Numbered from the stretch's first letter, positions 31,131 to 42,490 are shown. The stretch is DNA of 64,000 nt from an uncultured Actinomycetes bacterium (GCA_963794695.1 CAWCFJ010000012.1:69713-133712), one strand, 5' to 3'. Notes: a model not told the origin generated them from the sequence alone. Made by a program: numbers and translations.

Positions 31131-31284
31131 GCGGACGATCAGCCACTATGCGAACACTCTCACTGACGTGTCTGTTCGTGCGACGGAAGCCAGTGCCGAG
31201 GGGTCGGCGCTGACCGCCCCGGAGCCCCCGCTCGCCGGGAGCGAGCCCGCGCCGCTGCCCGGGGAGCACGCGCCTGGCTCGCGG

Positions 31285-32028
31285 GTGGTCGTCGAGCTGC
31301 AGGGGATTCGCAAGTCGTTCGGCACCACGGAGGTGCTGCACGGCGTCGACCTGACGATCCACGCCGGCGAGCACGTGGTGATCTTCGGCCCGTCGGGCTC
31401 CGGCAAGTCGACCGTCCTGCGGACGATCAACCTGCTCGAGCAGCCGAGCGCTGGCTCGGTGCGGGTGCTCGGCGTCGAGTACGGCCCCGGCCCGCTGGCG
31501 CCGGGCGAGAAGCGCGGCAGCCCGGTCGAGCTGAAGCGCCAGGTCGGCATGGTGTTCCAGCAGTTCAACCTGTTCCCGCACCTCACGGCGCTCGAGAACA
31601 TCACGCTCCCGCTGCGCTCGGCCAAGGGCATGAAGCGCGACGAGGCCGAGGAGCGCGCGGCCGTCGGCCTGCAGCGCGTCGGCCTGCTCAAGTTCGCCGC
31701 CCGCTACCCGGCGGAGCTGTCGGGCGGCCAGCAGCAGCGCGTGGCGATCGCCCGCGCGCTGAGCCTCGACCCGGCGGTGATGCTGTTCGACGAGCCGACG
31801 TCGGCGCTCGACCCCGAGCTGGTCGGCGAGGTGCTGGCGGCGATGCGGGCGCTGGCCGAGACCGGCATGACCCTCGCCGTGGTGACCCACGAGCTGAACT
31901 TCGCCCGCGAGGTCGGCGACTACCTGGTGTTCATGGACCAGGGCGTGATCGCCGAGTCCGGCCCGCGCGGCTTCCTCGACACCTGCGTCAACCCGCGCAC
32001 CCGCGCCTTCCTGTCTGCGGTGCTCTAG
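31285..32028 (+). CDS. polar amino-acid ABC transporter ATP-binding protein (GlnQ/HisP-like)
   Basis: ORF 31102..32028. An in-frame GTG at 31285 gives a typical 247-aa product ([48 protein letters not shown]). The 60-aa upstream extension is low-complexity, so the start is uncertain. Confidence 0.88.
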   Translation: MVVELQGIRKSFGTTEVLHGVDLTIHAGEHVVIFGPSGSGKSTVLRTINLLEQPSAGSVRVLGVEYGPGPLAPGEKRGSPVELKRQVGMVFQQFNLFPHLTALENITLPLRSAKGMKRDEAEERAAVGLQRVGLLKFAARYPAELSGGQQQRVAIARALSLDPAVMLFDEPTSALDPELVGEVLAAMRALAETGMTLAVVTHELNFAREVGDYLVFMDQGVIAESGPRGFLDTCVNPRTRAFLSAVL

Positions 32029-32787
32029 ATGGTGTTCGCGGTGGTCTACGACTGGAGCCTCGTCTGGGACGAGCGCTGGCAGCTCTGGCACGGCTTCACC
32101 ACGGCGCTCGAGTGCGCGTTCTTCGCCCTCATCCTGTCCACCGTGGTCGGGCTGCTGCTGGCCCTGGCCCGGATGAGCAGCGCGCCCCTCAGCTGGTTCG
32201 CGGCCTTCTACATCAACCTCTTCCGCGGCATCCCGGCCCTGGTGAGCGTGCTCTGGGTGTACTTCGGCCTGTCGCTGCTCCTGGGCATCAACTTCACGGT
32301 GCTGCAGGCCGGCGTGATCGCGCTGACGCTGCTGTACAGCGCGTTCATCGCCGAGATCTACCGGGCCGCGCTGCAGTCCATCCCGAAGGGCCAGCGCGAG
32401 GCAGGCCTGGCGCTCGGGATGAAGCCGACCCGGGTGTTCCTGCGGGTGACGCTGCCGCAGGCCACGAAGGTCGCGATCCCGAACCTCGGCAGCATGTTCA
32501 TCGGCATGGTGAAGGACACGTCGGTCTTCACCGTGATCGGGATGATCGAGATCGTCCACGTCACCCAGGACACGAACTCGACGACGTTCCAGCCGTTCGT
32601 GCTGTACACGGCCGCGGCCGGGGTCTACGTCGTGGCCGCGTTCGCGCTCGACTTCATCTTCCGCATGATCGAGAAGGCGCTGACGACCCCGCCGTCGGGC
32701 ACCCTCTCGAACCTCCTGAAGCGCCGCCGCACCGCACGGGTCGAGCTCGTGGTGCAGCGGGTCGAGGGCCTATCCGGGAGGAGGTGA
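32029..32787 (+). CDS. amino-acid ABC transporter permease (His/Glu/Gln/Arg/opine family)
   Basis: Intact 252-aa ORF starting 1 nt after the ATPase stop. Hydrophobic helices and an EAA loop (IAEIYRAALQSIPKGQREAGLALGM). Confidence 0.88.
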   Translation: MVFAVVYDWSLVWDERWQLWHGFTTALECAFFALILSTVVGLLLALARMSSAPLSWFAAFYINLFRGIPALVSVLWVYFGLSLLLGINFTVLQAGVIALTLLYSAFIAEIYRAALQSIPKGQREAGLALGMKPTRVFLRVTLPQATKVAIPNLGSMFIGMVKDTSVFTVIGMIEIVHVTQDTNSTTFQPFVLYTAAAGVYVVAAFALDFIFRMIEKALTTPPSGTLSNLLKRRRTARVELVVQRVEGLSGRR

Positions 32788-32806
32788 GCACGTCATAGGT
32801 GTGTGT

Positions 32807-32824
32807 GGCCGTCGGGGGACGGCC
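32807..32824 (+). other. intercistronic GC hairpin between the permease and SBP genes
   Basis: GGCCGTC-GGGG-GACGGCC: a 7-bp perfect stem (32807-32813 / 32818-32824), 20 nt after the permease stop and 38 nt before the SBP start. Confidence 0.4.
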
Positions 32825-32862
32825 GGAGGGGTAGAGGGTTTCCCACGAAAGGGGAGGAGCAC

Positions 32863-33729
32863 ATGAGAGGCATGCGCACGTGGAGCAAGGTCGGAGCGGC
32901 CGCCGCAGTCGCGGCCGTGGCGGTGGCGTGACGGCCGCAGGCGGTGCGTCGGCGACGCCGCTGGCGCAGAGCGCCGCGACGGCGCCGGACGCCGGCGATC
33001 CGACGACCCAGTACCACCTGGTGTCGAACGGCACGCTGACGGTCGGCATGACGCTGCTGTTCAAGCCGGAGATGTACCTCGACCACGGCAAGCCTGCGGG
33101 CTACGACGTCGAGCTCGTGAAGGCGCTGGCCAAGTCGATGGGCGTCAAGCTGAAGATCCAGAACCTGGCCTTCGACGGCCTGATCGCGGGTCTGCAGGCC
33201 AAGAAGTTCGACATGGTCTCGGTGGGTCTCTCGCCGACGCCCGAGCGCAAGAAGGCGGTCAGCTTCTCGCGCGCGTACGTCCCGTACGCCCTGATCCTGG
33301 CCGTGCCGAAGGGCGACACCACGCCGGCGACGGTCGCGGCCTGGAACAGCTCGGACAAGACGATCACCGCGCTGCAGGGGTCGACGGACGCCGACCTGAT
33401 CAAGACGACGTTCCCGAAGGCCAAGCTGAAGACGTTCCCGGACGACAACTCCGCGCTGCTCGAGGTCGCCACCGGCCGCGCCGACGCGCTCGGTCGTCGA
33501 GAACTACATCCTGGCCGACTTCTCGAAGTCGAACCCGGGCAAGCTCAAGCAGGCCGGCTTCAAGAAGCCGCTCGACCTGCAGTACGGCGCCTACGCCACC
33601 CAGAAGGGCAACACCGCGCTGGTCGGGTTCCTGAACAAGTGGATCTGCAAGGTCCAGAAGAACGGCTCGATGGCCGCGATCTACAAGAAGACCCAGGGCG
33701 CGACGCTCCCGCCGATGCCCGCCTGCTAG
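32863..33729 (+). CDS. amino-acid ABC transporter substrate-binding protein (family 3); 2 frame switches as read
   Basis: ATG at 32863 with a GGGGAGGAG RBS. The signal peptide MRGMRTWSKVGAAAAVAAVAVA hits a TGA. The mature part continues in ORF 32880..35405 (LTVGMTLLFKPEMYLD ... GYDVELVKALA ... FDMVSVGLSPTPERKK). After a second switch it ends ...NGSMAAIYKKTQGATLPPMPAC-TAG at 33729. Switches near 32925 and 33490. Confidence 0.75.
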
Positions 33730-33795
33730 GCACCACGATCGACCGTCGGGGGCGGCGCGCGCTGCGCGCCGCCCCCGACGACCTTCAAGGACTGG

Positions 33796-35247
33796 ATGCA
33801 CCCCACCGCAGAGCGCTACGACCTCCTGGTGATCGGCGGCGGGCCCGCCGGCCTCGCGGCCGCCGCCGAGGCCCGCAACGCCGGGCTCGACGTCGCCCTG
33901 GTGGACGAGCGGCCGGCGCTCGGCGGGCAGATCTACAAGCAGCCGGGGCCGGGCTTCCCGATCCGCGACCACGCGGCGCTCGGGCGCGACCACCTGCGCG
34001 GGCGGGCCCTGATCGAGGCCGCCGAGCGGAGCGGCGCCGAGCTGCTCACCCGCACCAGCGCCGTCGCGATCAGCGGCGACGAGGTGGTGCTGTCGCCCGA
34101 GGACGGCCCGACCCGGGTGGTCTCGGCGCGCCGCATCCTGCTGGCGCCCGGGGCGCACGACCGGCCGGTGACCTTCCCCGGCTGGACGCTCCCGGGGGTC
34201 CTGACCGCCGGCGGCGCCCAGGCCCTGGTCAAGACCCAGCGCATCAGCCCCGGCGAGCGCGTGGTGTTCGCCGGCAGCGGGCCGCTGGCGCTGGCCTTCC
34301 CGGCCCAGCTGAAGGGCTACGGCGTCGGCATCACGCTGGTCTCGAGGCCGGGCCGGCGCCCGGCCCCCGCGACGCCCTGGCGCTGACCCGCGCGGCCCGC
34401 GGCAACGTCGAGCTGCTGCGCGACGCCGTCCGCTACCGCACCCAGCTCCTGCGCGCCCGGGTGCCGCTGCGCTACCGCCGGATCGTGGTGCGGGCCGAGG
34501 GCCGAGACCGGGTCGAGGCCGTCGTGCACGCCGCCGTCGACGCGCGACTGGCGGGTCGTTCCCGGCAGCGAGGAGCGCATCGAGGCCGACGCGCTGTGCG
34601 TCGGCTACGGCTTCTTCCCGTCGGTGGAGCTCCTGCGTCTGGCCGGCTGCGCCCTGCGCTACGACGAGGATCTCGGCGGTCCGGTGGCGGTGCTCGACGA
34701 GTGGCTGCGCACGAGCGTCGAGGGGATCTCGGCGGCCGGCGACGGCACCGGCGTGGCCGGGTCGTACAACGCCGTCGCCGGCGGCCGGGTGGCGGCCATC
34801 GGCGCGGCGCTCGACCTCGAGGCGCTCACGCCGGCCCAGGCCGAGCAGCGGGCCGCCCCCGAGCGCGCGGTGCTGGCCCGAAAGCAGGCCTTCCGCCAGG
34901 CGCTGTCGCGGATGCACCGCGTCGGCCCCGGCATCTACGAGCTGGCCGACCCCGACACCGTCGTCTGCCGCTGCGAGGAGGTCACCCGCCGCGCGCTCGA
35001 CGCGGCCGTCGAGGCGACGGCGGACATCGCGGTGGTCAAGGGCTTCACCCGGGCCGGCATGGGGATGTGCCAGGCACGCAACTGCCAGCGCCAGATCGCG
35101 GCGATGATCGCCCGCCGCCACGGCCGGGCGCTCGACTCGGTGCCGCTCGCCACCCCGCGCGCGCCGGTCCGCCCGGTGCCGATCGGCGCGGTGGCCGACG
35201 CCGGCGTCGGCGACGAGGGCTTCTTCAGGGCGGTGTCGGATGGCTGA
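33796..35247 (+). CDS. FAD/NAD(P)-dependent oxidoreductase, opine-oxidase subunit A-like, with C-terminal BFD-like Cys motif; 2 frame switches as read
   Basis: YDLLVIGGGPAGLAAAAEA (ORF 33796..34386), a middle part in ORF 32880..35405, and a C-terminus in ORF 34624..35247 (AAGDGTGVAG ... VVCRCEEVTRRAL ... GMGMCQARNCQ). Switches near 34340 and 34546. Overlaps the next gene by 8 nt. Confidence 0.75.
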
Positions 35248-36463
35248 GCGGGCGCCCGTGTTCCCGCCGGCAGAGCAGCTCGGCGCGCCGCTCCCCGACG
35301 AGACCGACGTCCTGGTCGTCGGCGGCGGCCTGGCCGGCTGCGCGCTGGCCTACTACCTGGCCCGCGAGGGCGTCGAGGTCGCGGTCCTGGAGCGGGGCGA
35401 GCTGAACCGCGAGGCCTCGGGCACGAACGCCGGGAGCTTCCACTTCCAGATCGCGATCCACCAGCTCACCTCGTTCGACACCGGCGGCGCGGTGCGCGCG
35501 CGGCTGCTCGACGAGGTGCGGCTGCTGGCCGGCGCGGCGTCGCTGTGGTCGGATCTCGAGGAGGAGCTCGACGGGGCGCTCGACGTCCACATCACCGGCG
35601 GGCTGATGGCCGCCGAGACGCCGCAGGAGCTGCAGCTGCTGCGCGACAAGATCGAGATCGAGAAGGACGCGGGCCTCGAGACCCACCTGCTGGTCGGCGA
35701 GGAGCTGCGCTCGTTCGCCCCGTTCCTGGCCGACGACCTGGTGGGCGCGGTGTACTGCCCCCGCGAGGGCCACGCGAACCCGCTGCTGGCCGCGCCGCTG
35801 TACGCGCGGCGGGCGCTCGAGCACGGCGCCGCGATCCGCACCCACGCGCCGGTCACCCGCATCGACGTCGAGGACGGGCCGGGCGCGCACCGCTTCACCG
35901 TCCACACCGGCCGCGGATCGGTGCGGGCCCGGCGGCTGGTCAACGCCGCCGGCGCCTGGGCGAACCGGATCGCCGCGCTGAACGGCCTGCACTTCCCGCT
36001 GCGGGCCGAGGGCCTGCACCTGAACGTGACCGAGCCGCGCCCGCGGATCCTCGTGCCGATGGTGCAGCACATCGGCCGCCGGCTCACGCTGAAGCAGTCG
36101 TCGTCCGGCACGTTCATCATCGGCGGCGGCTGGCCCACGGCGCCCGGCATGGAGCACCCGCCGACGCTGTGGCAGAGCGTCGCCGGCAACACCGCCGTGG
36201 CCGTGCGGGTGGTGCCCGCGCTGGCCGACGTGCGGGTCGTCCGCACCTGGTCCGGCGTGATGGCGTTCACCTACGACCTGTCGCCCGTCATCGGCGAGAC
36301 CGCCCGGCTGCCGGGCTACCACCTGCTGGTGGCGACGACGGGGTTCACGCTCGGCCCGTACATGGCCCGGCTGCTGGCCGACCAGCTCGCGACGGGTGGC
36401 ACGCTGCCGCCGCAGTTCTCGCCCGACCGCATGATCGCCCCACTCCCCGCTCCCACGACCTGA
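35240..36463 (+). CDS. FAD-dependent oxidoreductase (DAO family; opine oxidase subunit B / sarcosine oxidase beta-like)
   Basis: Intact 407-aa ORF. TDVLVVGGGLAGCALAYYLAREG dinucleotide-binding motif, with DAO-family length and layout. Confidence 0.85.
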   Translation: MAERAPVFPPAEQLGAPLPDETDVLVVGGGLAGCALAYYLAREGVEVAVLERGELNREASGTNAGSFHFQIAIHQLTSFDTGGAVRARLLDEVRLLAGAASLWSDLEEELDGALDVHITGGLMAAETPQELQLLRDKIEIEKDAGLETHLLVGEELRSFAPFLADDLVGAVYCPREGHANPLLAAPLYARRALEHGAAIRTHAPVTRIDVEDGPGAHRFTVHTGRGSVRARRLVNAAGAWANRIAALNGLHFPLRAEGLHLNVTEPRPRILVPMVQHIGRRLTLKQSSSGTFIIGGGWPTAPGMEHPPTLWQSVAGNTAVAVRVVPALADVRVVRTWSGVMAFTYDLSPVIGETARLPGYHLLVATTGFTLGPYMARLLADQLATGGTLPPQFSPDRMIAPLPAPTT

Positions 36464-36473
36464 GGACGGCCGC

Positions 36474-37415
36474 ATGGATCGCAACGACGTCACCTGGCGC
36501 GGCTACTGGCCCGCCTGCCCCACCCCGTTCACCGAGGACGGGAGCCTCGACCTCGACTCGCTGCGAGCCCTGGTCGACATGTTCATCGAGCAGGGGATGC
36601 ACGGGCTGTTCGTCAACGGGACGACCGGCGAGTGGTTCTCGCAGACCACCGAGGAGCGCAAGCAGGTCGTCGAGACGGCGGTCGAGGCCGCGGCCGGCCG
36701 GGTGCCCGTCGTCGGCGGCTGCACCTCGCTCACGGCGAACGCGGTGGTCGAGCTGGGCAAGCACGCGCTGTCGGTCGGCGCGGCCGGCATCGGCTCGACG
36801 GCGCCGCCGTACGCCAAGACGCTGCCCGACGAGACGGCGGCGTTCTACGAGGACATCTCGGACGGCGTCGACGGCCCGGTGCTGGTCTACAACTGGCCGC
36901 ACGGCACGAACATCGACATCGACACCGAGCTCGCGAGCCGGCTCGTGGACATCGAGAACGTCGTCGGCATCAAGGACTCGACGCCGAACATGGACCAGTT
37001 CATCGAGACCAACCGGGCCGTGAACAAGCGGGCCATCGTGTTCGGCATGTTCATGAACGTGCAGGGGTTCGAGGCGCTGGTGCAGGACGGCGGCGACGGC
37101 TTCATCGGCGGCGGCTCGGTGCTCGGGCCGGCCGACGCGCGCTTCTGGGAGGACTACTGGAGCGGCAACCTCGACGCCGCCCGGGCCCACGCCGAGCGCA
37201 CCGACGCGCTGTTCCCGAAGCTCTGGGAGCCCGGCGGCTGGCGCGGCATCTGGGGCGGCTACCAGTCCCAGCTGAAGGTGCTGATGCGGCTGATGGGCCA
37301 GCCCGGCGGCCACCCGCGCCGCCCGCGGCTGCCGGTCACCGACCCCGCCGCGATCGAGGCGCTGCGCGAGGTGCTGCGGGAGGAGTCCCTGCTGCCCGAG
37401 CAGGTGTCGGCATGA
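36474..37415 (+). CDS. dihydrodipicolinate synthase/N-acetylneuraminate lyase family (DapA-like) enzyme
   Basis: Intact 313-aa ORF. Motifs: TPFTEDGSLDLDSLRALVD, GLFVNGTTGEW, and GIKDST (Schiff-base lysine context). Confidence 0.88.
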   Translation: MDRNDVTWRGYWPACPTPFTEDGSLDLDSLRALVDMFIEQGMHGLFVNGTTGEWFSQTTEERKQVVETAVEAAAGRVPVVGGCTSLTANAVVELGKHALSVGAAGIGSTAPPYAKTLPDETAAFYEDISDGVDGPVLVYNWPHGTNIDIDTELASRLVDIENVVGIKDSTPNMDQFIETNRAVNKRAIVFGMFMNVQGFEALVQDGGDGFIGGGSVLGPADARFWEDYWSGNLDAARAHAERTDALFPKLWEPGGWRGIWGGYQSQLKVLMRLMGQPGGHPRRPRLPVTDPAAIEALREVLREESLLPEQVSA

Positions 37416-38369
37416 GCGGCAACGGCGGCAGCCCGAAGGGGATGTTCAAGGGCGTCGACCACGTCGGCGTCGGCGTCGGCGACATGGACGAGGCGCTCGC
37501 GTTCTGGGGCGCGGTCGGCTTCGGCGAGGTGCTGTTCGACTGGACCGGCGAGGCGCCCGGGACCGAGCGGTTCACCGGCGCCGGGCCGCGCAGGGCGCGG
37601 ATCGCGATGCTGGCCAACGGCCAGGCGACCCCGGTCGGCCCGGCGCGAGTGAAGCTGGTGCAGGTGCTGGACGGCGACGGCCCGCCGCCGATCCCCGAGG
37701 GGCAGGCCTGGGGCGAGCTCGGCGTGTGCGAGCTGTGCCTGCACACCCGGGACGTGTGGAAGACCCACGAGCGCCTGGCCGGCCTGCCCGGCGGGAAGTC
37801 CCTGATGGAGCCGCTGAGCGGCGCGGTCGTCCCGACCAACGTGGCGCTCGACATCTCCTACATCTCCGACCCGTGGGGCTGCAAGCTCGAGATGATCGAG
37901 TGGAAGGGCCTGTGGACACAGCTGCCCGGCGAGCCGCGGGCCGAGGGCGTGAACCACGTGGCCTTCGGCGTGAAGGACATGAAGGCCAGCCTCGACTTCT
38001 ACCGCCGCATGGGCTTCGAGGAGCGGCTGTTCGAGTCGACCGACTTCTTCGACCCGATGGCCCCGTGGTACGACCGCCCGATCCCGGCGCAGCACATGGT
38101 GATGATGATGTCCGGCCAGGGCGCGGCGATCGAGCCGTGCGTGCTCGACCCGCTCGGGCCCGACTGCCGCGGCGAGTGGGGCCACCTCGGAGCGATGGAG
38201 TTCGCCGTCGGGGTGACCAACCTCGAGCGCGCGGCGGCCTGGCTCGCCGAGCAGGGCGTCGAGGTGCACGACCAGCACACGGTCGACGTCGGGGCCGGCG
38301 AGTGGCGCTACGCCTACATGACGCGACCCGGACGGGCTGTACGTGGCGCTGGTCGAGCCGCGCTACTGA
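37412..38369 (+). CDS. two-domain VOC (glyoxalase/bleomycin-resistance/dioxygenase) family protein; 1 frame switch as read
   Basis: The ATG at 37412 overlaps the DapA stop (ATGA). Two repeats of the VOC pattern (GVDHVGVGVGDMDEALAFW and GVNHVAFGVKDMKASLDFY). A switch near 38319 restores ...YMTDPDGLYVALVEPRY-TGA at 38367-38369. Confidence 0.7.
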
Positions 38370-38371
38370 GG

Positions 38372-38389
38372 CGAACGGGGTGCCGTTCG
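38372..38389 (+). terminator. hairpin directly after the operon's last stop codon
   Basis: CGAACGG-GGTG-CCGTTCG (7-bp stem), starting 3 nt after the TGA. No T-tract follows, as is common in high-GC genomes. Confidence 0.4.
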
Positions 38390-38500
38390 TCCCTCTCGAG
38401 TTGACGAAGGGAGCCTGATTTGCCTTACTTCCCGGACAGGGCCGCGGCGCGGGAAGGAGTCGGCGCACGCGCGGCGAGTTCCCGATGGGGGAGGCACGAC

Positions 38501-41500
38501 ATGAAGTGGCCATTCGCGCGGGCGCTCTGCGCGTCCACGCGTCGCCGCGGCCGTCGCGTTCGGCTGCCTGGCGGTCGCCGAGCGGAGCCGCGTACGGCGT
38601 GACAGGTCAAGGACGACACGCCGATCCTGCGCGCCCGGCTCGGCGCCCGGGCGAGTTCGGCGAACGAGGACGCCGAGGCCGCCGCGCTGCAGCGCGACTT
38701 CCAGGCCGACACCAAGCGCGGCCGGCGACCGCCACCTGACGAACACCCAGGTGGCGAAGCTCCACGCGGCAGCCGTCGTGGCGGCGCGCAAGCTCGGCCA
38801 CGCCGCGGCCTCTCCCGCGCAGACCTTCGAGTCTGCCGTGGACGCAGCTCGGGCCGAACCCGATCGTCACGCCGGCGCGCAGCGACAACGCGTTCTACGC
38901 GCTCAGCGGCCGCATCGGCGCGCTCGCGATCCGGCCGAGCAACCACGAGTTCATCCTCGGCGCGGCCCAGGGCGGCATCTGGACGTACGACCAGTCGACC
39001 GGCACCTGGACGCCGCGCACCGACGACCAGACGTCGCTGGCGACCGGCGCGCTGGCCATCGCGCCGACCGACGACTCCATCATCTACGCCGGCACCGGCG
39101 AGGGCGCGCTGTCGGGCGACAGCCAGGCCGGCAACGGGATCCTGCGCTCGACCGACGGCGGGCACGACCTGGACGCACGTCTCCGGCGACTACTTCTTCG
39201 GCGTCTCGGTGGCCCGGCTGGTCGTCGACCCGACGAACGCCGACCACGTCTACGCGGCCATCATCCGCGGCCGCGGCGGCGCCCACCGCGTCTCGCCGCG
39301 CCATCCACTCGCAGTTCGGGCTCTGGGAGTCGCACGACGGCGGCGTCAGCTGGACGCTGATCAAGAAGGCGCCGAACTTCTCGACCGGCGCGACCGACGT
39401 CGAGATCGATCCGCTCGACCCGAACGTCCTGTACTCGCTCGTTCGCGGCCGACGCGATCTACAAGAGCACCGACGGCGGCGCGCACTGGAAGCCGATCAT
39501 GAACGGCCTGCCCGGCGGCCAACTTCCAGGCCGTGCCGACCCGCTTCTCGATCGGCCATCTCGCACCCGTCCGCCGCCCAACCCGCGGTGCTGTACACCG
39601 GCTTCGACTGGGCGGACGCCAACGGCTACCACGTGCCCGAGGTCTTCAAGTCGGTCGACGCCGGCGCCTCCTGGGCCCAGACCGGCACCGGCACCGACGA
39701 CGTCGACAACGTCGAGAACTACTGCGCCACCAGCGGGTCCCAGTGCACCTACGACAACGTCGTCGAGGCCGATCCGACCGATCCGAACGTCGTGTTCGTC
39801 GGCGGCTCGTACGGCTACGACCTCGTCCCGCAGTCCGGCGGCCTCTACCGCAGCACCAACGGCGGCCGCTCCTGGGTCAACCTCGGCTGGGATCTCCATC
39901 CCGACTTCCACGCCGTGGCCTTCGACCCGTCGAACACCAAGCACGTCCTGATCGGCAACGACGGCGGCGTCTGGTTCAGCGAGCACCGCGGCGGCCGTCC
40001 GACGGCCAACCTGCCGCTGAGCGACGTCGACTGGCAGGACCTGAACGGCACCGTCGACCCGGCCACCGGCGCCGTGCTGCACCGCACGGGCCTCGCGATC
40101 ACCCAGTTCACCTCGATCGCCAACGGTCCCGAGCGGTTCCGCCGGGCACCGACTCCGAGCGCTTCTGGGGCGGCACGCAGGACAACGGCACCCAGCGCAA
40201 GTCGGCCAACTCGCAGACCTGGTTCGACGTGACGAGCGGTGACGGCGGCCAGGTGCTGGTCGACCCGAGCCAGGGCAGCCCGAACAACGACTGCCCGCTC
40301 GGCGCGTGCTTCGTCTACGGCACGTTCTTCGGCGTGAGCCCGTACCGGATCACCGACGGCGGCGGCGTGTTCTTCTCGCGCACCGCCGATCGCGAACGGG
40401 ATCAACACGGCGACCGCTCGGAGTTCTACATCCCGTTCACGATGAACCAGAACAACCCCGACCAGCTGTTCACCGGCACGTACCGGCTGTACCGCACCGA
40501 CGACGCCCGGGAGACCGCGACCTGGCACGTCATGAGCGGCGACCTGACGACGCGGCTGCCCCGGCGCCGGCCCCGAACGGCGCCCGCGGCTGCTACATCT
40601 CGTCGATCGGCGTCGGCGGCGGCATCCGAGGTCTACGTCGGCACCGACGACGGCCTCGTCTGGTACAGCCCTGACGGCCAGACCAGCGACACGCCGACGT
40701 TCGTCAAGGTCAACCGCAAGCCGAACGGCATGCCGAACCGGCCGGTCTCGTGGTTCGCGGTCGACCGCAGCAACGAGCGGATCGCCTACATGGCCTACAA
40801 CGGCTACAGCGCCGCCACGCCGGCGAACCCGGGCCACGTGTTCGCCACCACCGACGGCGGCAAGCACTGGACGAACATCAGCGGCAACCTGCCCGACGTC
40901 CCGGTCAACTCGCTGCGTGCTCGACGCCGCCTACGCCGGCACGCTGTACGCCGGCGACCGACGTCGGCCCGATGGTCACCTACGACAACGGCGCCCACTG
41001 GGCGCTGCTGGCAGCCGGCATGCCGACGGTGGCCAACTGGCAGCTCGACATCGATCCGTCGCACCGGATCCTGGCGTCCGGCACGCACGGCCGCGGCGCC
41101 TACCGCCTCGCCGACAGCGGGCCGGCCGTGCCGGCGCTCGTGCTGAAGAAGGTCGACACCGACGTCCCGGTCGGCGCGTCGAGCAACCTCGGCTACACGA
41201 TCACGGTGCGCAACATCGGCAACGGCGACGCCACCGGCGTCACGATCACCGATCCGCTGCCGAAGAACACCGACCTTCGTGTCCGCCGACAACGGCGGCT
41301 CGCAGTCCGGCGGCGTCGGTCACGCTGGTCCGGCCTGACGATCCCGGCCGGCGGCAGCATCTCGGTGCAGCTGACGGTGCGAGATCGACCCGAAGCTGCG
41401 CGCCAACGTCGTCAAGATCACGAACGACGGCGTCCGGGCCGAGTCCTCCGAGGGGCCGTTCACGACCGGCTCGGCCGTCACGACGACGATCGCGCCGACC

Positions 41501-42478
41501 TACGGCGTGCGCGTGACCCCGCCGAACCAGGTCGACGGCGCGCGGCCGGGCGGCAGCGTGACGTACTCGGTGATCGTGGTGAACATCGGGCTTCACGCCC
41601 GACAGCTACACGATGTCGAGCTCGGGTGGCCGGTTCCCGGTCACCTTCCTCGACCCGACCTGCACGACGCCCGAGCCGACGACGCCGACCGTGGCGCCCG
41701 GCGAGTCGACGATCGTGTGCGTGAAGGTCGACGTGCCGGCCGACGCCACCGACAGCGAGACCAACGTCGCCACGATCACGGCGACCTCGGTCGGCGACCC
41801 GTCGGTCTCGGCCTCGGCGACCGTCACGACCCAGGCGACCACCCGGTCGACGCTGCTGGTCGACGAGGACGGCAACGCGCCGGACGTCCAGTCGTACTAC
41901 AGCCGACGCGCTGACCGCGGCCGGCATCCCGTTCGACACCTGGGACCTCTCGGCCGGACGGCCCGCTCCCGCAGAGCTACCTGGACGGCCACGACAACGT
42001 CGTCTGGTTCACCGGCAACACCTACCCGGGCCCGCTCCTGCCGTACGAGGGCGAGCTCACGACGTACCTGAACGGCGGCGGGCACCTGCTCGTGTCCGGG
42101 CAGGACATCCTCGACCAGGCGGCCGGTACCACGGCCTTCGTGCACGACTACCTGCACATCACCTGGGACGGGAGCGAGACCCAGAACGACAAGTTCACCC
42201 AGAACGTGCACGGCGTGAGCGGCAACCCGGTGACCGACGGGATCGGCACCGTGCCGCTCGACCTGAGCGTGCTCGGTGACGCGTTCATGGATCAGATCAC
42301 CCCGAACGGCGGCGCGCTGCCGGCGTTCACGGACGACTCGAGCCAGACGGACGCCCTGTCCTACGCCGATCCGAGCGGGTACAAGGTCGTGTTCGCGGCC
42401 TTCCCGATCGAGGAGTACGGAACGGCAGCCGACAAGGCCGACCTGATGACCCGGGTCATGGCCTTCTTCGGCTCGTAG
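38501..42478 (+). pseudogene. large secreted BNR/sialidase-like beta-propeller protein with DUF11 repeats and a C-terminal domain; about 20 frame switches
   Basis: ATG at 38501 with a GGGGGAGG RBS. The reconstructed protein is ~1300 aa: WTQLGPNPIV...SGRIGALAIRPSN, repeated S/TxDGGxxW motifs (STDGG-TTW, SHDGGVSW, STDGGAHW, SVDAGASW, STNGGRSW, TTDGGKHW, YDNGAHW), then DUF11-like LGYTITVRNIGNGDATGVTITDPLP and GGSVTYSVIVVNIG, ending ...MTRVMAFFGS-TAG at 42478. Pieces lie in ORFs 38751.., 39209.., 39533.., 40750.., 41613.., 42092.. and unlisted frames. Confidence 0.7.
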
Positions 42479-42490
42479 GCAGGCCCTCGC

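Noticed and set aside
31102-31284. Long N-terminal extension of the GlnQ-like ATPase (TTG start at 31102)
   Set aside because: The extension is low-complexity (Ala/Pro/Glu/Ser) and overlaps an AT-rich promoter-like stretch. The TTG coincides with a TTGACT -35-like box. A GTG at 31285 gives the canonical ~247-aa length. It is kept only as an alternative start.
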